From Anaerolineales bacterium (lineage in GTDB: Bacteria > Chloroflexota > Anaerolineae > Anaerolineales > DRKV01): 64,000 bases of DNA. Position numbers and translations under genes: made by a program. Within the stretch, counting starts at the first letter, position 1. The number at the start of each line of letters is the position of its first letter. The notes below the pieces were generated by a model. That model saw only the letters and a list, made by a program, of their open reading frames with translations, was not told the DNA's origin and did not search any database. Below, piece by piece: positions 27,701 to 38,161 of the stretch. The stretch spans positions 895 to 64,894 of the forward strand of contig DAOUFY010000123.1 in NCBI GenBank assembly GCA_034429745.1. Direction: 5' to 3'.

Positions 27701-28444
27701 TTATAGTTTTTCCATAACCCAAAAATGAGAAAGTCCAAACACGCGCAAAGGCGTATTTTCCAACCCTTGCAAAACCATGCGTAAAGCGCGTCCAATCCAG
27801 CCTAAACGTTGAATAATATTATCATAAGCCCCAAACACATACGTCCGTTGCACGACCTTCAGCGGCAATTCATCAAATAATTGGCTTAAATCCTTTTGTG
27901 TATAAACTCTTACATGCGGCGCAAGACGATTGCGCCAGCGAATGGGAAGATAATTAACTAAGGGGATGTTTCCAAACACATACTTCCCCCGCCAAAAAAT
28001 GCCATGTGTCTCAAAAGGATAGCCGCGATTGGGACAAAAAAGCACTAATCGCCCACCGGGCTTAAGCACTCTTGCCATCTCACGTATAGCCTTCCGATCA
28101 TCTTCCACATGTTCAATCACTTCATGACTTAATAACGCATCAAATACTCCCTCCCCAAAAGGCAGGTTTTCACCCGCCCCACAAAGGATATGAGCATTCT
28201 TTTTCCTTGCTTCAAGTGCACGTTCAACATCGCGTTCCAGACCTACTACAACACCTCCTAGATTGCTAAGCTGCGTTACATAAGCCCCTACTCCGCAGCC
28301 ATCTTCAAGCACCTTCCCCTTTACCCTATCCCCCATGGCTAAACGGATCATGCTAAACCGTCTTTCCTGCCCGGCCCGCCACACATAGGATGGCTCTCCT
28401 AATTGTGCGGCTTTATCTAAGGCGTTGCGGTGCTCTTTTTGCAT
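27701..28444 (-). CDS. Class I SAM-dependent methyltransferase
   Basis: SAM motif VLEDGCGVGAY and acidic loop VVGLERD. Confidence 0.75.
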   Translation of the reverse strand: MQKEHRNALDKAAQLGEPSYVWRAGQERRFSMIRLAMGDRVKGKVLEDGCGVGAYVTQLSNLGGVVVGLERDVERALEARKKNAHILCGAGENLPFGEGVFDALLSHEVIEHVEDDRKAIREMARVLKPGGRLVLFCPNRGYPFETHGIFWRGKYVFGNIPLVNYLPIRWRNRLAPHVRVYTQKDLSQLFDELPLKVVQRTYVFGAYDNIIQRLGWIGRALRMVLQGLENTPLRVFGLSHFWVMEKL

Positions 28445-28719
28445 AGTTCTATCCCTAAAAATTTACAAAATATTAATAAAAAAGATGTTTTATTCAATAA
28501 ACCTTATACTTCGTATGTTGTACTTGAGCTATAAAATATTAACAAAAAAGATATACTCATTCTTCATAAAAATGGTGTAAAATAGAATCAAGTAGCAATG
28601 AATATTTTGCACCTTAACAAGTAGAAATTTCCTTATATTGTACCAAAAACTTGGCATTCATCTAACATTTTTTATTTTTTTCTTTTTTCAAGGAGGCGAA
28701 GCTTGCTTCGATATTCGAT

Positions 28720-29832
28720 ATGAGTGGAGAACTTATTTCACGTATTATTGGACTTATTATTTTAGCCATTGGAGGTATTATTGAAGGATTCGCTCTGCCG
28801 GATCAGCTTCAAGCTTCTGGGTTGAGCGAATTGTTTTCTTTGCATTTCACTGAATCTACCCATTATATTCTTGCAGCAGTTTTAGGAGTGCTTAGCGGTG
28901 CCCTGGGTTTTTGGCTTACGCCCCATCTTGTTTTAAACCCGCTAAAACTGCTGATCAATCGGCTCATCCAAATTCCAACCCAAAAACTTGTGGCAGGTCT
29001 TTTAGGACTGCTTAGCGGTCTCATTTTAGCTTCTTTGCTCACTTTTCCATTTTCAAGACTGCCCGTGCCTCTAAGTCAAATACTGCCCACCGTTTTTGCC
29101 ATTCTTTTCAGCTACTTAGGGGCGCTTGTTTTTATGACGCGTTCGCAAGATATTCTTGCCTTTCTGCGCAATCCATTTTCCTCCCGCAGCAGCAACGTCC
29201 TATCTGAAGACAATGCTCGGGTCCAGGCAGAAGGCAGACCAATCCTTATGGATACCAGCGTCATTATTGATGGGCGCATAGCCGATGTTGCCCAAACCGG
29301 CTTCATTACCGGTACTTTGGTCATCCCGCGGTTTGTATTGAACGAACTGCAATACATTGCCGATTCCGCCGACAGCATGCGCCGCCAACGCGGCCGCCGC
29401 GGCATGGAAATTATCTCATTGCTTCAAAAAAACACCAAAGTACCTGTACGCATCTCAGATATTGACGTCGAGGGAATTCGTGATGTTGATGAAAAATTGG
29501 TTGTGCTTGCCCGTCAGCTGCAATGTCCTATCCTTACCAACGACTATAACCTCAACCGCATAGCTGAGTTACAAGGTGTACCTATTCTTAACATCAACGA
29601 ATTAGCAAATGCTGTTAAAGCCATCCTCTTGCCCGGCGAATTGCTTTCCATCAAAGTAATTCAGGAAGGCAAAGAAGCTAACCAAGGGGTTGGCTATCTG
29701 GAAGATGGTACAATGGTTGTTGTTGAAGAAGGCAAGCACTTAATCGCAAGAAAACAGGAAACCACCGTTGTAGTTACCAAAGTGCTCCAAACTGCAGCTG
29801 GAAGAATGATTTTTGCTCGTCAGCAAGACTAG
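28720..29832 (+). CDS. PIN/TRAM-domain membrane protein (YacL-like)
   Basis: Four N-terminal TM helices, a PIN domain ([13 protein letters not shown] ... [11 protein letters not shown]) and a C-terminal TRAM-like region. It is followed by cysS and rlmB, as in the Bacillus yacL region. Confidence 0.75.
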   Translation: MSGELISRIIGLIILAIGGIIEGFALPDQLQASGLSELFSLHFTESTHYILAAVLGVLSGALGFWLTPHLVLNPLKLLINRLIQIPTQKLVAGLLGLLSGLILASLLTFPFSRLPVPLSQILPTVFAILFSYLGALVFMTRSQDILAFLRNPFSSRSSNVLSEDNARVQAEGRPILMDTSVIIDGRIADVAQTGFITGTLVIPRFVLNELQYIADSADSMRRQRGRRGMEIISLLQKNTKVPVRISDIDVEGIRDVDEKLVVLARQLQCPILTNDYNLNRIAELQGVPILNINELANAVKAILLPGELLSIKVIQEGKEANQGVGYLEDGTMVVVEEGKHLIARKQETTVVVTKVLQTAAGRMIFARQQD

Positions 29833-29864
29833 AGTTTTTAATATATAAATATGGAGAAATTAAA

Positions 29865-31283
29865 ATGACGATTCAAATCTATAATACCTTGACTCGCCAA
29901 AAAGAACCTTTTGAACCGTTAAAACCTGGACAAGTTTCTATGTATGTATGCGGTCCTACTGTCTATAGCAAAGCTCACGTTGGACACGCGATGTCAGCCA
30001 TTGTGTTTGACATCATCCGCCGATATTTGGAATATCGCGGTTACCGCGTTCACCACGTTATGAATTACACCGATGTGGATGATAAAATCATTCAACGCGC
30101 CAACCAAGAAGGCAAAGACCCTTTTCAACTTGCAGAAACTTATGCCCAAGAATTCGATCAGCATTTGCGCGATTTAAATGTCCTCCCACCTATGGTCAAA
30201 CCACGCGCAACTCAGACAATTACTCAAATTATCCAAATGGTTCAAGCTCTCATTGAAAAGGGGTATGCCTATCCTGTCAATGGTGATGTTTATTTCCGCG
30301 TTCAAAAGTTCAAGGAGTATGGCAAGCTCTCTCACCGCCGTCTTGAAGAAATGCAGGCCGGCGCCCGGATTGAGGTGGACGAACGCAAAGAACATCCGAT
30401 GGATTTTGCTCTCTGGAAAGCAGCCAAAGAAGGCGAACCCGCTTGGAACAGCCCTTGGGGAAAAGGTCGTCCCGGTTGGCACATTGAATGCTCAGCAATG
30501 AATTTAGCCCACCTCGGTGATCAAATTGATATACATGGGGGCGGCAATGATCTGATATTCCCTCACCATGAAAATGAAATTGCCCAAAGTGAAAGCTTCA
30601 CCGGCAAACCTTTTGCCAAATATTGGGTTCACAACGGCATGCTTCAGCTTTCCGGTGAAAAGATGTCAAAATCATTAGGCAACCTCGTTACTATTGAGGA
30701 CTTTCTGAAGCAACATGATGCAGATGTGTTGCGTTTAATGATTCTGAACTCCAGTTACCGTTCACCGCTTACCTTCAACAACGAAGTCATCTCCCAAACA
30801 AAACGCGCCCTAGAACGTTTGCGCCTTGCTTTGAAACCCGCCCAGCCGCAAGACGACCAAACAAGTGAAGAAGAAAAAAATGCAGCCATTAAAGCCCTCA
30901 ACGAACAAATGGAAAAAACAAAAAGCGGGTTTATTGAATGCATGGACGATGACTTCAACACGGCCGGCGCCTTAGGCAACCTTTTTGACCTCGTCAAAGC
31001 CATTAACCAAGCTCGCGACGCCGGCGTTGGTGATGAAGAACTTTCCAAAGCGCAAGCATTGCTCCTAGAATTAAGTGGAGTGCTTGGCTTGCGATTGGAT
31101 TCTCCTTCAACCTCAGCCTCCCAACAGAATATAACCCCCTTTGTGGACCTGCTGATCGAAATCCGCAAAGAATTACGAGCCCAAAAACTATGGGCATTAT
31201 CCGATCTCATTCGCGATCGCTTAAGGGAGTTAGGCGTCATCCTTGAGGATCAAAAAGATGGCACAATTTGGCGGCTTGAATAA
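29865..31283 (+). CDS. cysS: Cysteine--tRNA ligase
   Basis: HIGH-type motif HVGHA, KMSKS motif, and WHIECS. Confidence 0.95.
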   Translation: MTIQIYNTLTRQKEPFEPLKPGQVSMYVCGPTVYSKAHVGHAMSAIVFDIIRRYLEYRGYRVHHVMNYTDVDDKIIQRANQEGKDPFQLAETYAQEFDQHLRDLNVLPPMVKPRATQTITQIIQMVQALIEKGYAYPVNGDVYFRVQKFKEYGKLSHRRLEEMQAGARIEVDERKEHPMDFALWKAAKEGEPAWNSPWGKGRPGWHIECSAMNLAHLGDQIDIHGGGNDLIFPHHENEIAQSESFTGKPFAKYWVHNGMLQLSGEKMSKSLGNLVTIEDFLKQHDADVLRLMILNSSYRSPLTFNNEVISQTKRALERLRLALKPAQPQDDQTSEEEKNAAIKALNEQMEKTKSGFIECMDDDFNTAGALGNLFDLVKAINQARDAGVGDEELSKAQALLLELSGVLGLRLDSPSTSASQQNITPFVDLLIEIRKELRAQKLWALSDLIRDRLRELGVILEDQKDGTIWRLE

Positions 31284-31289
31284 TCATCT

Positions 31290-32066
31290 ATGCCGGATAC
31301 AGAAGTAATTCTTGGTCAGCAACCCGTTGTAGAAGTACTGCGCGCCGCTCGACGGCGCGCTTTTCGCCTATATTTGCTTCAATCTAAAGAACAACAGCTT
31401 GAAAAAACTTCTTCAAAAACAAACAAATTAAAAGAAATCCTGCAATTATGCTATCAGCGCAATATCCCTATCCAAAAAGTAGATCGCATAAAACTGGACA
31501 GCTTAGGGAGCAATCATCAAGGCATCGCTCTTTTTGTTGAACCATATCCGTATGCTGATTTTGCTGAACTTCTTGAAATGCTTAACTCTCCAGATGAGCA
31601 GGCAAAACCTATGTTCCTTATCTTAGATATGATTCAAGACCCCCAAAATTTGGGCACACTGCTCCGCACAGCAGAAGCGGTTGGCGCGAAAGGTGTATTG
31701 CTTCCTTTACGACGTAGTGCCTTGATAACACCGGCTGTTGTTCATGCTTCCAGTGGTGCCACTGAACACTTGCATATTTGTCAAGTCAACCTTGCCCAAG
31801 CCATTGAGCGCCTGAAAAACCTTGGTGTTTGGGTAATCGGCTTGGATAGCAGTGGGGATGACCTCCATTTTCACCAACTGCCTTACAAAGAATCACTAGC
31901 TTTTGTCGTTGGTAACGAAGGAGAAGGTATGCGTCCATTGGTTCGCGCTTCTTGTGATATGCTCTTACGCCTTCCCATGTGCGGTAATATTGAATCACTT
32001 AATGCAGCAGTAGCCGGTTCAATCGTTCTCTATCTCGCTTGGTTAAGCCGTTTAAAGATGGTATAA
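31290..32066 (+). CDS. rlmB: SpoU/TrmH-family 23S rRNA 2'-O-methyltransferase (RlmB-like)
   Basis: Motifs DPQNLGTLLRTAEA, VVGNEGEGMR and IESLNAAVAGSIVLY. Confidence 0.8.
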   Translation: MPDTEVILGQQPVVEVLRAARRRAFRLYLLQSKEQQLEKTSSKTNKLKEILQLCYQRNIPIQKVDRIKLDSLGSNHQGIALFVEPYPYADFAELLEMLNSPDEQAKPMFLILDMIQDPQNLGTLLRTAEAVGAKGVLLPLRRSALITPAVVHASSGATEHLHICQVNLAQAIERLKNLGVWVIGLDSSGDDLHFHQLPYKESLAFVVGNEGEGMRPLVRASCDMLLRLPMCGNIESLNAAVAGSIVLYLAWLSRLKMV

Positions 32067-32088
32067 TCTATCTCATACGAGGAAAAGT

Positions 32089-32730
32089 ATGTTTAACATT
32101 CCCCCTGCAATGCTCATCGCAAACATTTTTGTATTAATCATCGCCTTTACCATTCACGAATTTGCCCATGCTTGGACAGCTAACTTCTTCGGCGATGATA
32201 CCCCACGTCTTAATGGTCGCCTAACCCTTAACCCCCTCGCTCATCTTGACGTAATGGGTTCGCTAATGCTGCTCATCGCTGGTTTTGGCTGGGCTAAGCC
32301 CGTTCCCATAGACCCTTATATCTTGCGACGCCGCTCCCCTTCCGCCCTCATGTGGGTTTCTTTCTCAGGTCCTCTCTCCAATCTATCTCTAGCTATTATT
32401 GGAGCAGTCCTCTTTCACACCGGCCTTTTTACCCCTAGTTTTCCTCACGGCTTGCTGCCAACCCCCTCACAAATACTCACGCAATTCGTCTTCATCAATA
32501 TTGTGTTGGCACTGTTCAATCTCCTTCCTATCCCTCCATTAGATGGGGATGAAATCGCAGCGCACTTTTTCCCATATTCTTGGACTCAATGGATGGACCG
32601 CTATATTCGTCCTTATGGTCCAGTCATCCTTTTAGTTCTCATCTTCGTTTTGCCCATGATTGGTATCAACATCCTTCAGTGGCTCATCTTCATCCCATCT
32701 CAGAACCTATTCCGCTTATTAGTTCTTTAA
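32089..32730 (+). CDS. Site-2 protease family (M50) zinc metalloprotease
   Basis: HEFAHAW (HExxH) within a TM helix, a polytopic fold, and a downstream LPIPPLDG motif. Confidence 0.8.
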   Translation: MFNIPPAMLIANIFVLIIAFTIHEFAHAWTANFFGDDTPRLNGRLTLNPLAHLDVMGSLMLLIAGFGWAKPVPIDPYILRRRSPSALMWVSFSGPLSNLSLAIIGAVLFHTGLFTPSFPHGLLPTPSQILTQFVFINIVLALFNLLPIPPLDGDEIAAHFFPYSWTQWMDRYIRPYGPVILLVLIFVLPMIGINILQWLIFIPSQNLFRLLVL

Positions 32731-32733
32731 ACG

Positions 32734-33726
32734 ATGAAACTTCCCATGAAAATCACAATCATTGGTCTAGGAGAACAGGGCATTTCCATCGGCTCTGCCT
32801 TATCCTCAGCTAAAGAGCGATTCTTGCGAATTGGCTATGATGCTGATATTAATCGCCAACACGCAGCCCAACGTGCTCAAGCAATTGATAAATCTGTACT
32901 TAATATCCATCAAGCAGTCCAAGATGCTGATATTATCGCACTTTGCGAATCGTGGGATAAACTCCAACCCACCCTTCAGACGATTGCCTCTAGTGTAAAG
33001 CAAAACAGCGTAATAATTGACACATCTCCGATGAAATGCCGCGTGGCAGAATGGGTGCGGGCTTATTTTCCACCAACTGTTTCATACATCGGTATTTACC
33101 CTGTTGAGCACTTAACCAATGCCTCCCTTTCTCCCAATACAGAAACTTTGTCATTCAACAATCTGCCTATTTATCTTGCCGCTCCAGGTGGAACTTCATC
33201 AGCTGCGCTTGACCTCGTTACACAACTCATCCAAGCTATGGCCGCCCACCCCATTTATATTGATTTATTAGAACTAGACGGCATTTTAGCGAAAACCCAG
33301 CTTCTTCCCCCTCTACTTGCTCAAGCACTGATTCAAACCACCATCAATCAAGGAGGATGGCAAGATGCCCGCAAGCTTTCCTCCCTTCCTTTTGCTTTCA
33401 TTACTAGTGCAATGAATACCCAAACTCCCGAAGCTCTTGTAGCTGCATGGAGTTCCAATCAGGAGAATACACTGCGCGTTCTAGATGACTTGATAGCTGC
33501 CTTGACTTCATTGCGCCAAACACTCGCTGAATTGTCTGAGAATAATCCCTCGCAGATTCAGCACCTCATCTCTGCCAGCAGCCAAGCCCAACAAGCTCAT
33601 CAGCAATGGTGGTCAGAACGATTAAACGAAAACTGGCAAGAAGGTGTCCCTTTGCCAGTCTTAGAAAAGCGCAGCTTTCTCAGCCGTTTCTCAGCTGCTT
33701 TATTTCAAACTAAACGTAAGAATTAA
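32734..33726 (+). CDS. NAD(P)-binding Rossmann protein, prephenate/arogenate dehydrogenase-like
   Basis: N-terminal ITIIGLGEQGISIG dinucleotide motif. I did not recognise the catalytic residues of TyrA. Confidence 0.3.
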   Translation: MKLPMKITIIGLGEQGISIGSALSSAKERFLRIGYDADINRQHAAQRAQAIDKSVLNIHQAVQDADIIALCESWDKLQPTLQTIASSVKQNSVIIDTSPMKCRVAEWVRAYFPPTVSYIGIYPVEHLTNASLSPNTETLSFNNLPIYLAAPGGTSSAALDLVTQLIQAMAAHPIYIDLLELDGILAKTQLLPPLLAQALIQTTINQGGWQDARKLSSLPFAFITSAMNTQTPEALVAAWSSNQENTLRVLDDLIAALTSLRQTLAELSENNPSQIQHLISASSQAQQAHQQWWSERLNENWQEGVPLPVLEKRSFLSRFSAALFQTKRKN

Positions 33727-34062
33727 AATTCCCAAAGCCCCAGCCACCCACCAATACCCAGCATAAGGCTGAGGCACAAACGTTGATGTTCTTACAGCTA
33801 CCGCAAGGCAGGAAAGCACAATCCCAACACCAAAAATCCACCAATTTTTTATCTGATACGTAATTTGGGGCGTCTCTTCCTTTTGCAGTGGCTTTGCACC
33901 ATATTTTTGGGCTTTCTTCTTCTTTGCTAACTGCTGAGGAGATAACTTCTCTTCTTCCGCTTTGCGTATCGTTTTCTTCTTGCGGCCTCGCAATTGAATA
34001 AACCGAAAATAGAAAATGACTACTGCAATGCCAACAATAATTATTCCAGGTTCAATATGCAC
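33700..34062 (-). CDS. Small membrane protein with a lysine-rich loop
   Basis: 120-aa ORF with three hydrophobic helices. No recognisable motif. Confidence 0.4.
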   Translation of the reverse strand: MHIEPGIIIVGIAVVIFYFRFIQLRGRKKKTIRKAEEEKLSPQQLAKKKKAQKYGAKPLQKEETPQITYQIKNWWIFGVGIVLSCLAVAVRTSTFVPQPYAGYWWVAGALGILILTFSLK

Positions 34063-34065
34063 AAT

Positions 34066-34560
34066 CTAACCCTCGCTTTCGTACCCTAAGACCTCAAGCA
34101 CCTTTTTATAAAAAACATCAAGATCTATCGGTAATCCTTCTTCGCCGGGGAAATACCTGCCCCGCGGCGTCCATTCCCCAAAAATCGTCTCTTTCCTTCC
34201 GTCTTCTTTTATTATCTGAGATAAAGAGAACACCTTGCAAAATTTTTTCCATATGAATAGTGTAGGCTTTTGCGGCGGATACAGCAAAGCAACAAAATAA
34301 GCTTCACCGTGCTTCTGAGGAGGCGGTGGTATTATCAAGGCCGTTCTTGCCCCATTAGCGTGCTCGCGTATTTCAAAGCTCATGCCATCGGCAATTCTGC
34401 GCTCTTCGGGCTCCAACCTTTCTCCTACATGATCCCACCAAAATTGCAAAAAGTCAAGCTTATCTTGCTCTAAATAATAAAAAAAACGTTCTGTGTCACT
34501 TCGAAAAGCGCTTGGCAATGCCTTATAACTGAAAATATATTGTTGAGATTGCTTACCCAT
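34066..34560 (-). CDS. Hypothetical protein
   Basis: 164-aa ORF, co-directional and abutting its neighbours. No recognisable motif. Confidence 0.4.
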   Translation of the reverse strand: MGKQSQQYIFSYKALPSAFRSDTERFFYYLEQDKLDFLQFWWDHVGERLEPEERRIADGMSFEIREHANGARTALIIPPPPQKHGEAYFVALLYPPQKPTLFIWKKFCKVFSLSQIIKEDGRKETIFGEWTPRGRYFPGEEGLPIDLDVFYKKVLEVLGYESEG

Positions 34561-35449
34561 ACTGCATCTCCTTAATTACCCGTTTCACAAAACTTCGAAA
34601 AGAAGTTGCCGGCCTTCCTAATAACCAACCCAATACATTGCTGTTTCCACAAAAGCCAAATTGCTCATAATATACAAACATTTTTTTTAGCGTTTCAAGC
34701 GCATATTCTCCCAACCCATTTATACGTGCTTGCTTCTCCCACTCTGCTAAGTCTAACTTTTCGGCTTTTACTTCCCTGCCTAATTCCTCACTCAGCACTT
34801 GTGCAACTTCTATTTGAGTCAAACACTCCGCTCCTGCCAGTTCATAAATCGCATCGCTATGCCTGTCTTCCATCATTACTTTGCTTGCGGCTTCGGCTAC
34901 ATCCAATAAATCTACCATACCCAAACGGGTTGTTGGGGCATATGGCACTCGATAAATACCGTTTTGTGTAATTACTTGCCAATAAGCAAGAATATTTTGC
35001 ATATAAGCAGCCGGCTGTAGTATTGTATAAGACAAACCACTCTCGAATATCTTCTCCTCAACCCGCATCTTTTGCCAATGATGGGGCATGGCTTCAACTT
35101 GCGGGTGCAGTACCGAATGATAGACTAATCGCCAAACATCATTGGCTTTTGCCGCATTCAGAAGCTTCTTTGCTATCGAGACTTCATCAGCACACATGTT
35201 TGGCGGAATATGATAAATAGTTTTCACTCCTTTGCACGCGCGTCTCAGATCTTCTTCTTGGTTTAAATCCCCTAAAACAACTTCATTTACCCCTAAGTCT
35301 TTTAAGTGCTCACCTGCCTGTGCATTGCGCACAAAAGCTCTTACACAAGCTTGTTTTTCCAATAACGCCTTAATAACGGCTCTTCCAGTTTTTCCGCTCG
35401 CTCCTGTAACCAGAATCATATCTTGCTCTGCCTTACAATCATTATTCAT
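34553..35449 (-). CDS. NmrA-like atypical SDR, NAD(P)-binding
   Basis: ILVTGASGKTGRAV glycine motif. The start may instead be the internal ATG at 35419 (MILVTGASG). Confidence 0.7.
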   Translation of the reverse strand: MNNDCKAEQDMILVTGASGKTGRAVIKALLEKQACVRAFVRNAQAGEHLKDLGVNEVVLGDLNQEEDLRRACKGVKTIYHIPPNMCADEVSIAKKLLNAAKANDVWRLVYHSVLHPQVEAMPHHWQKMRVEEKIFESGLSYTILQPAAYMQNILAYWQVITQNGIYRVPYAPTTRLGMVDLLDVAEAASKVMMEDRHSDAIYELAGAECLTQIEVAQVLSEELGREVKAEKLDLAEWEKQARINGLGEYALETLKKMFVYYEQFGFCGNSNVLGWLLGRPATSFRSFVKRVIKEMQYG

Positions 35450-35460
35450 TCAAACAGGCA

Positions 35461-35483
35461 TCCGAAGCCTTTCCAGCTTCGGA
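35461..35483 (-). terminator. Hairpin downstream of the permease gene (possible terminator or attenuator)
   Basis: TCCGAAGC-ctttcca-GCTTCGGA, an 8-bp perfect stem that extends to 11 bp with one G-U pair. On the minus strand it is followed by CUGUUUG. Confidence 0.45.
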
Positions 35484-35521
35484 CGCCTTTATCAATAATA
35501 TAATGAATATCTAAACCCAGA

Positions 35522-36937
35522 TTACTGGTTGAGGACATCCGCCCGCACTTCAGGGGCTTTGAAAACCAAAGTGATTAAGTTCATAATGATGCCTACAACC
35601 GCACCAGTCGCAATGGCCGGCCAACCATTGGGGAACACACCCTGCAGCAATGGAATGGGCAGGAATCCATTGGGGAACCCAATGTTGCCGCCGATGCCTA
35701 TAATGAGAATAGTCGCACCAATGGCTAAGTGCTTGGGATCATAAAGGTTGACCTTCTCTGCCATCATGAGCGCGATACCTTGCATACCAATCACACCAAA
35801 CAGGTAGATGGCTAGACCACCTGATACTGCGGTGGGAATGGAAGCAATAGCTTCAGCTAAAGGTCCTATGAAGCCTAAAATGATGGCAATAACACCGGCC
35901 GTGATGAGAGCGGGCCCAGAGTAGTTGCGGGTGATCACCATGAGCGAGTTGTTCTCACCATAGTTTGTACCTGCGGTTGAGCCAAACAGACCGTTGATGA
36001 AGTCATCCAAGCCATCAAGCATTAGGTTCAAGCCAATATACTGAGCTAAATTATAGCGCGGCTTGCCCAATAAATCAGCTAAGTGATCCACATAAAGGCT
36101 GATCTGATAGAGGTGTGCGGTCGATTCTGGAATGGTAGCAATTGCCATAATACCTACACCCACAATGACAGTTGCCGTCAAGGGATCGCCAAACGAGGGG
36201 AAGTTAATTTGCGGTGCTCGCAGAAAAGCCTCCTTGCCAAACGCAGCAAAATTAACTAATCCTAAAGGAATAGCCACAATGTAACCAATAATAGCGGCTA
36301 AAAGAATAGGCAGCATGCCGATGAAGCCTTTGCCCTGCAAATACACAGAGAGAATGAACGCTGCCAAGAGGGTAACTACCGCAGCAGTCCACCACTTTAA
36401 TTGCATTGCCGGCTCTGTAACCCCACAGCAAGTTCCTGCAGACATTCCCAAAGCTGCTGCGCCTAAACCAATACCAATCGTGCAGGCAACGGGACCAGTT
36501 ACAATCGGGGGCAGTACATAATCTAACGCTTCTTTACCTCCAGAGATACGAATGATTAAGCCTACAATGATGTTGATGATGCCGGTTGCGATAAAACCTG
36601 CCACAACGACTGAAATTACCTCTGGTGGCGCCACTGGAGCATCCGCAGGAACCCCTTTAGCTGCCATAATACCCGCAACCGCCGTGATATAGCTGAAGCT
36701 TGAGCCATAGTATAATGGAATATATTTGCCAATGCTCAGTTTCGCTCCAATCAGTGTTACTACTGTGCCTAAACCTGTAATGGTCAATACCGTGCTTACA
36801 GGGAACTTCATAAGAATAGCGCATAACACTGTAGCCGGGAACATGGTCAAGACGTGCTGCAAACCAAGCAGAACCATCTGCCCAAATGGGGGAGTATCAT
36901 TTGGTAGATAACCCATGACTTTTGTTTCTGTAGCCAT
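35522..36937 (-). CDS. NCS2-family nucleobase (uracil/xanthine-type) permease
   Basis: 471-aa polytopic protein whose glycine-rich TM pattern is typical of NCS2 permeases. It is the last gene of the catabolic operon. Confidence 0.75.
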   Translation of the reverse strand: MATETKVMGYLPNDTPPFGQMVLLGLQHVLTMFPATVLCAILMKFPVSTVLTITGLGTVVTLIGAKLSIGKYIPLYYGSSFSYITAVAGIMAAKGVPADAPVAPPEVISVVVAGFIATGIINIIVGLIIRISGGKEALDYVLPPIVTGPVACTIGIGLGAAALGMSAGTCCGVTEPAMQLKWWTAAVVTLLAAFILSVYLQGKGFIGMLPILLAAIIGYIVAIPLGLVNFAAFGKEAFLRAPQINFPSFGDPLTATVIVGVGIMAIATIPESTAHLYQISLYVDHLADLLGKPRYNLAQYIGLNLMLDGLDDFINGLFGSTAGTNYGENNSLMVITRNYSGPALITAGVIAIILGFIGPLAEAIASIPTAVSGGLAIYLFGVIGMQGIALMMAEKVNLYDPKHLAIGATILIIGIGGNIGFPNGFLPIPLLQGVFPNGWPAIATGAVVGIIMNLITLVFKAPEVRADVLNQ

Positions 36938-37221
36938 ACTAATCCTTCCTTTTCTAAAAAACTTTTAATTTCAGAACACCACTTAATAATAATTTTGATA
37001 CTTGAATAACCTCTCAACCGCGTCGGCATCAGTTTGGGTAATAAACCCTCCTTTCTGCCCCGCTCCTAGGCGGCATGACAATTATTGCAGCTCACCTAGA
37101 AAATACACAGCATTTGCTTTCCTCTTATTTGATACATCACCTCCTTTCACATATTACCCTCTGATCTCTTTCCAGATTCAGATAGTAAAACCAGCTTGAT
37201 TATGTCCACCACAACGCCTAT

Positions 37222-37362
37222 TTACTGCTTAAACAAATAGGCAATAATACCAAGGATCAACAGAGCGGGAACAATATACATAATGACCCGCGCTTCTTGG
37301 GTTTGAAGCAGATTGATATTTTGGCTGCCCTTGGATGCTTTTTCCATTTCCTTATTTGCCAT
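37222..37362 (-). CDS. 46-aa single-TM mini-protein, paralogous to the C-terminal anchor of the adjacent CoxG-like protein
   Basis: Below the ORF-track cutoff. My translation is MANKEMEKASKGSQNINLLQTQEARVIMYIVPALLILGIIAYLFKQ, to be compared with the CoxG tail ...NVLQSQEARVIMYVVPAIIILGILAYLLSNLPK. A GAGGAG SD lies upstream. Confidence 0.45.
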   Translation of the reverse strand: MANKEMEKASKGSQNINLLQTQEARVIMYIVPALLILGIIAYLFKQ

Positions 37363-37489
37363 AACCAACAAAACTCCTCTAAAATTATTAAATTATTTTA
37401 TTTATACAGGTAAAGAAAGACGTCTCCAGTTATACTTTTACTTTCAGCCCTGTATTAAACCAAATTCACTTACCTCTTTTGCCCATATC

Positions 37490-38122
37490 CTATTTTGGCA
37501 AATTCGATAACAAGTAGGCTAAAATACCCAGTATAATAATAGCCGGCACCACATACATGATCACGCGCGCTTCCTGAGATTGCAAAACGTTTTTACCCAC
37601 ATCCTTTGCCACTGCTGCAGCAAATTCAGCTTCTGAAGGGGGTTTATATTCCGCCGCCCGCCCTTCTGCTTTAGCGGCTATTCGCTCTTGCAGGGCTTTA
37701 TCCAACGATTCAAAAGCCTGTCGGATCATGCTCTTTGCCACACTATCTATCATCCGCTGTCCTACACTGGCTAGTGTACCTCCAAGCTGCAGCTCACCTT
37801 CATACTTCATTAAAGTTGTGCCATCAGCTTGCGCAATAAACTTCACATTACCCGAACCTTTTACAAATCCCGGCGCTCCCTTTCCATCTACCGTCAATGT
37901 GCAGCTCTCAGGAGGTACTTCATTGGAAATCAACAATTTCCCATCAAATACACCCGAAACAGGTCCAACCCGTACAAACATTTTGCCTTCATATTCATTT
38001 TTGCCTATTAATGTAAGGCTTTGCGTACCAGGTAAAGCACTTGCTAAGACGTTGGGATCATAAAACATCTCCCAAACCTCTGCTTGCGGACCATTAAACA
38101 CATGTTCACCTTCTAATTTCAT
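37490..38122 (-). CDS. CoxG-like SRPBCC protein with a C-terminal TM anchor
   Basis: N-terminal MKLEGEHVFNGPQAEVWEMFYDPNVLASALPG... follows the CoxG family pattern. The C-terminus is hydrophobic. Confidence 0.75.
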   Translation of the reverse strand: MKLEGEHVFNGPQAEVWEMFYDPNVLASALPGTQSLTLIGKNEYEGKMFVRVGPVSGVFDGKLLISNEVPPESCTLTVDGKGAPGFVKGSGNVKFIAQADGTTLMKYEGELQLGGTLASVGQRMIDSVAKSMIRQAFESLDKALQERIAAKAEGRAAEYKPPSEAEFAAAVAKDVGKNVLQSQEARVIMYVVPAIIILGILAYLLSNLPK

Positions 38123-38161
38123 AATAAAAACCTACCTAATTCTTTTATGTTTATGCATTAA

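Noticed and set aside
36938-37221. Purine or other known riboswitch upstream of the NCS2 permease, and a 13-aa leader peptide (MYQIRGKQMLCIF)
   Set aside because: I could not find the conserved purine-aptamer cores. The mini-ORF's ATG is only 2 nt from its GGAGG, which is too close for initiation.
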